Below, piece after piece: positions 52,691-61,081 of a DNA stretch of 61,081 nt. The notes beneath the pieces are model-generated. The model was not told the origin of the DNA. It saw only the letters and a list, made by a program, of their open reading frames with translations, and ran no database searches. Numbering within the stretch: position 1 is the stretch's first letter; every line of letters starts with the position of its first letter. The DNA lies in NCBI GenBank assembly GCA_010093995.1, contig ML992518.1, forward strand, positions 126,093 through 187,173. Direction: 5' to 3'. Source of the stretch: Elsinoe ampelina. Taxonomy: Eukaryota. Position numbers and translations under genes: made by a program.

Positions 52691-54443
52691 ATGTACTGGC
52701 TACAGATCGCTTTACTTCTTGCAGGTGCCGTCAGCGCTGCACCGGCCAGACGCCAGGCTCAATGCGACGGCCAGTTCAGTCAGATCACTGCTCAACAATG
52801 GGTAGATGGCATGAATCCGGGATGGAATTTGGGCAATACCCTAGATGCTATCCCCAACGAGGGCAGCTGGAATAATCCTCCAGTCAACTTTAAGACATTT
52901 GATGATGTCAAGAGCAAGGGCTTCAAGGGTGTCCGCCTCCCAGGTAAGGAATACTGCTATTCTGCTATACTTTTACTGAACCTGATTAGTCTCGTGGTCC
53001 GACCACTTCATCTCGGATTCGCCCAACCACGAGGTAGATCCTGCTTGGTTGGATCGCGTGGAGGCTGTTGTGGACGCCGCCCTGGAAAGGGACTTCTTCG
53101 CTGTCATCAATGTACACCACGATTCTTGGAATTGGGCCGACTTGACCAAAGAGGGAGCCAATTATACATACATCGAGGAGAAGTTTGAGCGGCTTTGGAC
53201 CCAAATTGCCACCCGTCTGGCCTGCAAATCCGAAAAGTTGTCCTTTGAAACCATCAACGAGCCGCCTGGAACTACTCAACAGCATTTCCAGGAGCTCTCC
53301 AAGCTGCAGGAGATTTTCTTGCAGGTCGTACAACGTACTGGCGGATTCAATGACCGCCGTGTGCTCAACCTCGTAGGTCCTCAGCAGTCCGGTGTGCTCA
53401 CTCCTGGCAACTTTGTGAGGCCGACCAACATCACCAATCCATGGCTGATTCAGTATCACTATTACTCGCCCTACGACTTCATCTTCTCGGCTTGGGGTAA
53501 GACGATTTGGGGGTCCGAGGCAGACAAGCAGTCCCTCGAGAATGACATTGCAAGCATGCGAAACAACTTTACGGATGTTCCCATCATCATCGGCGAGTGG
53601 GCCGCTTCACCCGCTGCCACTGAGACAGCTGCACGCAGGAAATACAACGACTTCTTCGTACGAACCGCTGCCAAGTACAATACCCCGACCATACTTTGGG
53701 ACAACGGTGCAGACTACCTGGACCGTTCAGACGGCACTTGGCGGGACGATACGGCCATTGAGATCATTCTCGAGGGACAAGCCGGGGCCGCAAATTCTCT
53801 TGGTGACAGCACTACGGACACTTCGGCCACGTCGCAGTCAAGCTCGGCATTTGTCTTCCAAAAGGTGGGATCTGAAGTCACGGACCAGACCCTGCCATTC
53901 ATCTTCAACGGGAACACCTTGACAGGAGTCGAGTCAAGCACCGGTCCTCTGGCTGAGGGCACTGATTACTCTACATCTGCAAACGGCATCACATTCACTT
54001 CCGGGTTCTTAACTCGTGTTCTGACAAACTCTACCGGCATCGCTGCCAACTTGACGCTGAGCTTCTCCGCTGGCGCAGATTATGAGGTCGCCGTTGTTCA
54101 ATGGGACGCACCCGTACTTGGATCTTCATCCGCCGCCCTCAGCACCATCACTGGTAGCACCCTCAACATTCCCATCACGTGGAAGGGAATCAACAAGCTC
54201 GCCACTGTCCGAGCCAGCACTGCCAATGGTGGATACCTTGTGGATGACTACACTCAGTGGTTCGGTCCCATGTCAGACCATCGAATCACCTACAACGGGC
54301 AATGGAACTTTGACGCCGATAATGTCATTATTGGTCAAAGTGCCATTGCCGCTGTTCAGAGTGTGGGTCAAACAACGACGTTTGAGTTTGAGTTTTATCC
54401 CCGAGTAGCGGGCAACAGTGCCAACTTCACCATCACCGTATAG
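52691..54443 (+). CDS. Secreted GH5 endoglucanase (GH5_4-like) with C-terminal Ig-like/X2 modules
   Basis: Signal peptide, GWNLGNTLDA, NVHHDSW, catalytic NEP and GEW, WDNG; intron 52944-52989. Confidence 0.93.
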
Positions 54444-54541
54444 ATTCAAGCAAACCTTCTGTTCTTTGTAGATACCTTGCAAAATTTGAACTTGCAACGC
54501 TAGCCACCCCTTCACTTCCTGCTGTTCAGACTCTCTCACTG

Positions 54542-55132
54542 CTAACGAAAGTGCTGTATAGTACGACCAGCACTGATCTGTCTAAGAGTAAGACTGGTCA
54601 TGAGTGAAGTCCAAGTCAGCCTACCTTGAAGCGCTGGTACACTCCAGTATGCGGAAAATGGTCTGCAGCTCGCAAAAGGGGCGACCTGAACGGCTACAAA
54701 GCCAATGGCGGCCCAGACAGCGACGGCGTTGATGAATCTTTCCTGCTTGAGACCGGAAGTCAAGCGTCTGTAGACGAGAAGCATAATGACTTTGCAGCTC
54801 CAAATGGTGAAGATCATGGATTGCTCTGACACCAGTACCCACTTGCTGCCAATCACCCTCATCGCCGTCGTTTCTGGCGTCAATGCAGCCACCTCCTCCT
54901 CCGTCATGAAATTACTAATGCCTCCATTGACAATCTTGTAGAAGGAGACAGTCAACAGGGTGTACCAGAAGGCGAGCTGTAGGGCCACCCAATCGTCGGG
55001 TAACCAGTCGGACAAGCTGCTTCGCCTCCTTGCTCGGTCGACTAGACGAACGATGAGGATTGCCGCCCCAACCCCGTACAATGACCAGATCTCGGTAGTA
55101 AAGTTTAGAACAAAGTCTGCGGGGAAGGACAT
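54542..55132 (-). pseudogene. PTH11-like (rhodopsin-domain) membrane receptor, C-terminal half missing
   Basis: EIWSLYGVG...R, WLPDD, IWSCKVIMLLVYRRL, CRPFSAYW, then DQCWSYY, followed by no TM5-7 before the GH5 3' end. Confidence 0.7.
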
Positions 55133-56479
55133 GGTGTCGGTGGTGATTGCGTCCAAGCAAGGCAGGGCCCCAGTGTCATCTTAAATGCAGACGAGTTCTT
55201 CGCGGCAGGTATCTCCAGTTCGACGTTATGTATGAGGTCCATCGACAGGTAGATTCAACGGCCCGGCTTGGTGAATGAACGAAAGATAGTGGATCTCTTG
55301 GATCTTGCCGCCCGGGGCGAGAGTTTACGGGACGCTGAAAAGTATCTAGCATACAGCGGTTGTGATCTGGAAGTTTGAGGAAAGCAGTTCGTTTGTGAGT
55401 ATATCGACTCGTTGCCATCAACGGGATCGTGAGGGTTTCACAGAAGCAAACGAAGATGTATAGATGATGACTTACCAGCCCGTGCAAGGTCACTCGGACT
55501 TCTCCCAGCTAAATCAACAGTATCACAGTGTGCGGTATGACCTAGATGTATCTACCGACATTCGAAAAAGTCAGGTGCAGGATCTGGCGGACGGGTGTCT
55601 CGAGGTGAAAAGGAGGAGAGACATGAGAGGAACCGTTCTTCTTGTGGAAACACAACGGTCGGCCATGAAAGTCATCGTCACTGGTGACGCACCGGTCGCC
55701 TATAGCAGACGCTGTGATCGTTCTTGATGAGGATTGCCGTTACCATGGTGTTGAGCCACTTGTTCTCTCGCGTCGGAAATAATTAGGAGTGGCCAAGACA
55801 GAATGTCGACTTCTCACTGCGGCCCTCGGTGAACAGTCCATGTGTATGCTGGACATCACCACGCTGTGCTTGATGCCCTGTCACCTCCGACATCTAGGCC
55901 CAAGGAGCTCGAATGAAAAGAAAGAGCCATGACAGAGGTCACAGAGGACACCTCACGAGGTCATGCTTGCATCGGCGAGGCCTGCAACGAGTACACACGG
56001 TCGGGCTTCCTCCGATGCGTCAGCACATTTTCTCGCAGCAATAATATCCATCTTCTTTGTTCGTATTGGTGTACATGCCCCTGCCGCCTGCCAACATTCT
56101 CTCGGATGGGCCAAGGTGCCGAGGGTGTCCGCATGCGTCACGGACAATTGGGCGCGCGATTCTTCTCTGGCCGCGGATGTTTCGCATCCTATTCATCCCC
56201 ACCTGTTTGAAGCATCCCTTAATCTCACACCCCCATGCCTCATGCTACGCGAGTGTCGCAGGTGGTCAATCTCGGATGGAGTGCCACGATGAATGACTCG
56301 TCATTGGACTGATTCTCCTGGAAGTCCACCCCAAGGATGTGCGTTACAAGTATGTTCCCTTGACCGCGGCGAAGACTGGGACCAGTTTGCTTTCACTTCG
56401 GATTCAAAGAGCTCCAGGTGGGCCATCATATTTGTTACTTGTCTTTCCAGACCACGCTGTTTTACAGTCTTTTTCCACA

Positions 56480-57236
56480 ATGGTCAAGTACGCTCTGACT
56501 CTGCTTTGCGCGACAGCTTCGGCGCATTGTAAGTCAGCACTACCATACAGCGCCATGCTCGGACTAACGGACTTCAGATGCATTCCCGACAACTACCTTC
56601 AACGGGGTCACTTCCCAGAACTGGCAGTACATTCGACAGACTGAACATGGAGGTCTCACCGACAATACCAACGGACCTGCCGACATGAATGGCGTCCAAG
56701 GAGCCTGCTTCCAGGGCTCTGTCAAGGGCGCCCCCGAAGTCCTGACCGTGAATGCGGGAAGTCAGATCAGCTTCAACGCAAACAACAACATGGGCCACGT
56801 TGGTCCCTTGATGTGGTTCATGGCTCGTGTTCCGGACGGCTCGGATGTCAAGACATGGGACCCTGCTGGCAAACAAGTCTGGTTCAAGATATCACAGTCC
56901 GGCATGAAGGCTGGGTCGACATGGCCTGACTTCACCTCTGGAGGTACCGTACAGACAACCACGATTCCAAAGGCTGTACCCAATGGAAATTACCTCCTCA
57001 GGTTTGAACAACTTGCCTTGCATGTTGCCAATCAGCCGCAGTCATACATCGCTTGCGCCCAGGTCAAGATCACCAATGGAGGCAGCGGGAACCCGTCACC
57101 TCTTGTCACCTTCCCAGGCCAGTATAAATCGACCGACCAAAGTGTCTATGGTAATATCTACAACTACGGAGGCGCATATAGTTACCCTGCCCTATCGGTG
57201 TGGACTAGCACTATAGTAGCCAAGTTTGCAGCATAG
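56480..57236 (+). CDS. AA9 LPMO abutting the RIP block
   Basis: MVKYALTLLCATASA-H|YAFP (intron 56529-56578), GHVGP, WFKI, GNYLLRFEQLALH, QSYIACAQ. Confidence 0.88.
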
Positions 57237-57239
57237 CGC

Positions 57240-60200
57240 GAGATAGTAATATGCTATATAAGAGCCTAGGTGCGAGCGAGAGTAGTATATAGGCGAGATA
57301 GATTATGTAGTTAAACGAGCAACGTTTTCTATTGCGTTGTAAGCGAAGCTAGCTATTTATACTAAGTATATTCTTCCTAGTTGTCTCTAAGATACTTCTT
57401 AGTCTACTTAACTAGTATCTTTAAGATGCTTTAATACTATTTATAGAACGCTAAGAGCACTAGTAAAATAGAAAAGTAGCTTTACTTTATCTAAAGTAGT
57501 ATTATATATTTATTTATATACTATCTCTTACTAATTCTATACTTAACTAATTAAATTTATTAGTCTTTTAAAAGTAGTTACTAAACTATAGTTTATATTA
57601 GATTTATAGTACTTTATATATAGAAACTAATAAAGACTATTATTAACTAAAGAATAGCTATTAGAAATTTAAATATATCTAGTCTAAGTAGTAACTCTAG
57701 CTAAGACTCTATACTTATATAATTATAGTTTAGTCTTTTCTTCTTTATTTTAGACTCTTAATATCTTAATTAATTTAACATAATTAACTTTCTATCTTAT
57801 TAGTTATAGTTATAATATCTATTCTAGAATTAATAATACTCTCTTTACTTTCTTTAGTTACTAATAGTACTTAAGTAACTATATCTTTACTTTCTAATAT
57901 AGAATTAATAATAGTCTTTTCTTCTTTATCTATAATAAGCTTCTTAATTATCTTATCTCTATATTCTACTATAGAATTAATAATATTTTTTTTAATTATA
58001 ACTAGTAAGATAAGAAGTTAATTATATTTATTTATTAAGATATTAAGACTTAGAAGAAGAAGAAGAAAGCTAGTATATAAAGTATATATAATATTAAGAG
58101 TAGAGTAGCTAAAAGTCTAGGCTATAATACTAAAATTATATAACTAATCTAAACTAAATCCTAACTAAATCTAGTTTATATCTATCTTATATTACTACTT
58201 TTTCTCTTAAATGTATTTACTCTTAAACGCTATTATATACTATTTATTAATCTATTTTAGCTTTAGCTTATCTATATAAGAGTCTAGATAGTTATATAGT
58301 ATATTAGCTACTTCTTTAAGATTATTAATTAGCTACTAGATAAGATTCTTTAGATATTTCTTCTAGCTTATATAAGTAACTAGCTTCTCTTATATTATAT
58401 ATATATTAATTATATTATCTACCTTATACTTCTCTTTACTATTAACTTCTATTAGAGGTAGCTCTTTATAGACTTAGCCTAAAAGAGAGTTATTAAGGTA
58501 CTTAGTTAGGAGATTAGTATAGAATATTAAGTAAATTTATTATAGCGCTAGTAGAAGCTCTAGCTTATATAATAGTCTTAAATACTTCTCTAAGATCTTA
58601 TATAGACTAATATATTTTAGTAGTAGCTTTAGATTATCTTAAAGCTAAAGGTTTTTTATTAATAACTAAACTAAATTACCTACTTTAAATTCTATTAGCT
58701 AGTAGTATTTATTAGCCTATTCTACTATATATAATTAAGTAATAGCAAGGTTTACTTTAGTAATAGATAGTACCTTCTTTAGTTATTTAGTAAGTACTTA
58801 GATATTAGCCTTATTAAGCTTAGCTCTTATTAATAGTATATTAGAGAGAGATTAGAAGCTTAGTTTAGACTTATATTCTCTAGTAACTTTAAAGAGTAAT
58901 AACTTAGTACTTTCTAATAGACTAGTATTAGTAGAGAACTCTACTACTAGTAGAATAAGAGTCTAATTACTAAAGCGTATAGTATATAAATAAATAACTT
59001 ACTTAAACTTATAATTTATAACTTTTAATTAGCTATTAGTTTAAGAGTAACTAGTAGTTAAGAGCTTAGCTATAATTTTTAGAATTTAGTAGAGTCTACT
59101 CTATATATTGTTAATAAACTAAAGACTATAGTTAGAGATAATACTATTTAGTAAGCTATATAGTTTCTATATATAGAAGAATAATAACTTAGTAGTTTTA
59201 AATATTAAAGTTTCTCTATCTCTAGAGAAGTAAGAGATTAAGTATTATTCCTTAGATAAATAATTAATAATATAGAGTACTATATTATAGCTATTAGCTA
59301 AGAGTAGACTAGTAATAAAGTCTATTATAATATATTACTAAGGTCTTTCTAGAATAAGTAAAAGTAATAGAAGACTAGCTAGTAAGCTATAGTAAGCCTT
59401 TAAGTATTTATAGTTATAGTAATTAGTAATAAACCTCTTAATAAAGTTATTATAGCTTAGAATAAAAAAGGTAGTCTTAATTATAGTAGCTATTTTAGTA
59501 GCTCTAGTATATATATAGTTCTTTAATATATAAATCTCTTAGATAACTCTTATAGCTATTAACTATAGTATAAATAGTTAGCTAGCGACTTATAATATTT
59601 CTTTATTAATAGTAATATTAGTTAATAGTAGCTATTTTCTCTTTAGAAAGGTCTCTATTATATAGTAAATACCTAACTAAGATAAGGCCTTAGAGGCTAC
59701 TAGGATTAGAGCTAAAATAGGTTTAGTATAGCTAAGAATTTAGCTTTTTTAAGTAGGATCTAAGTAGTAGAATTTAACTTTAAGAACATATATAATAACG
59801 CGCTTAATTACTATACTTTAAGCTATGTTTAAATATACTTTACTTCTATATATTATATATAATATTTAAAAGCTATTAGAGAAAGAATAATATAACTCTA
59901 CGTTTTATATTAACTAACTCTAAGGTCTAAGAATAGAGGTTAAGTATAGAGAATCTCTAGACTACTAATAGATAATAGTAAGCTTAACCTTATTATACTT
60001 TACTTAATTAATTCTTATCTTTAGTAGAATTCTTATCTTTATTTAAATTAATAAAGATAGTCTTTAGGTATAGTTATTATTATCTCTTATATGTTAGAGC
60101 TACTATTAAAGACACTACTTACTTATCTTATAAACTATTATTCTATTCTATATTAAGCTACGTTAGTAATATATACTAACCTATACTATATACTCTCTTA

Positions 60201-61081
60201 AGAAGAGAAGAGAAAGTATCTTTATAATAATAAGCTATCTCTATAAAGTATATATAGTAGCTAGAATAGTATCTATTATAACCTAGAGCTACTTCTTTAT
60301 TCCTAGACACTATATGTCTTAGGAGGAAAGGTATATTCTAATAGTTTTACTAGAGTAGAGTTAGGGTATTTTCCTAGATTCTAATAGGATTTCTAACCTT
60401 TATTCTTTAGAACTTTCTAAGATTTTTTCCCTCTAAATTTTTCAAAGATTACTTATATTACCTAGGTCCTCTATAATACTTAGTATTATCTAGAATTATC
60501 GAGTATTACTCCTAGAATCTAGGTTATAGTATGCTAGGACTATCCTAAAAATCTTTTAAAGTTCCTAAGAAAATATAGAGTAGAGGTCTTAGTAGCTTTA
60601 CTCCTAATAGTTAGGAACTCTAGAATATCCCTATAAATTTAGAAAGGCCTAGGTAGACTAGTAGATAGATATAGAATATATATTAAAGTAGAATAAATTT
60701 CCTAGTAAATAGAAGGTCTAAGAATTATAGATAACTCTATAGTACTTAGATTGTATATATAGATATCGTTCCTAGAGTTATTAGGGAAATTCTAGAGCCT
60801 ATAATCCTTAATTAAATAATAGATAACTAGGATCTTTAGTAGAAATACCTACCTCCTCTCCTGTCTTTGTCTTTTCTAATTACCTCTTAGTATTCCTCTA
60901 TTATTTTCTAGAGTCTAGGGTTCTTAGGATAGCTAGATTAATATTTAATAGCTTTTTATAATACTAGATTTAGATCTAGTAAGTAGATTATATCGGTAGG
61001 AGTTAGAATAGAATTCTTAAGGGCTTATAGTTCTACTAAAGTATAGAGCTATAATTATAAGTCTATCTACCTAAAGGTTTA
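57240..61081. mobile_element. AT-rich RIP-degraded transposon block (family not identifiable)
   Basis: Abrupt GC drop, pervasive TA/TAG/TAA, near absence of CA/TG, no ORFs in the track. Confidence 0.9.

Noticed and set aside
60983..60997. TAGATTATATCGGT shared with positions ~455-468, suggesting both AT blocks are one element
   Set aside because: A 14 bp match in low-complexity RIP sequence that does not extend.

Overview
Filamentous ascomycete genomic DNA (spliceosomal introns with CTRAC branch sites, RIP signature; gene content fits a plant-associated Pezizomycotina, probably a Dothideomycete). A ~56 kb GC-balanced gene block lies between two AT-rich, RIP-degraded repeat blocks: ~1-1218, which ends in a PPT plus a short LTR, and ~57240-61081. 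The most notable feature is a decayed secondary-metabolite cluster at ~4.6-16.2 kb. It holds an aristolochene-synthase-type sesquiterpene cyclase, a P450, an SDR, an AsaB/GA4-desaturase-like oxygenase, a 2OG-Fe(II) dioxygenase, a divergent PLP O-acetylhomoserine-lyase-like enzyme and a Zn2Cys6 regulator. All six enzymes carry stops, frameshifts, broken splice sites or deletions, while the regulator looks intact, and a ~190 bp MITE-like inverted repeat sits inside the cluster. The middle holds housekeeping genes (PKC1, CEF1, G-patch protein, PBR1-like SDR, DBP4) and an odd, apparently secreted Lys-rich gene with no in-frame AUG. The right third is rich in plant-cell-wall enzymes (two AA9 LPMOs, PL1, GH6, GH5) and further pseudogenes. 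All identifications come from motif recognition by eye; no searches were run.
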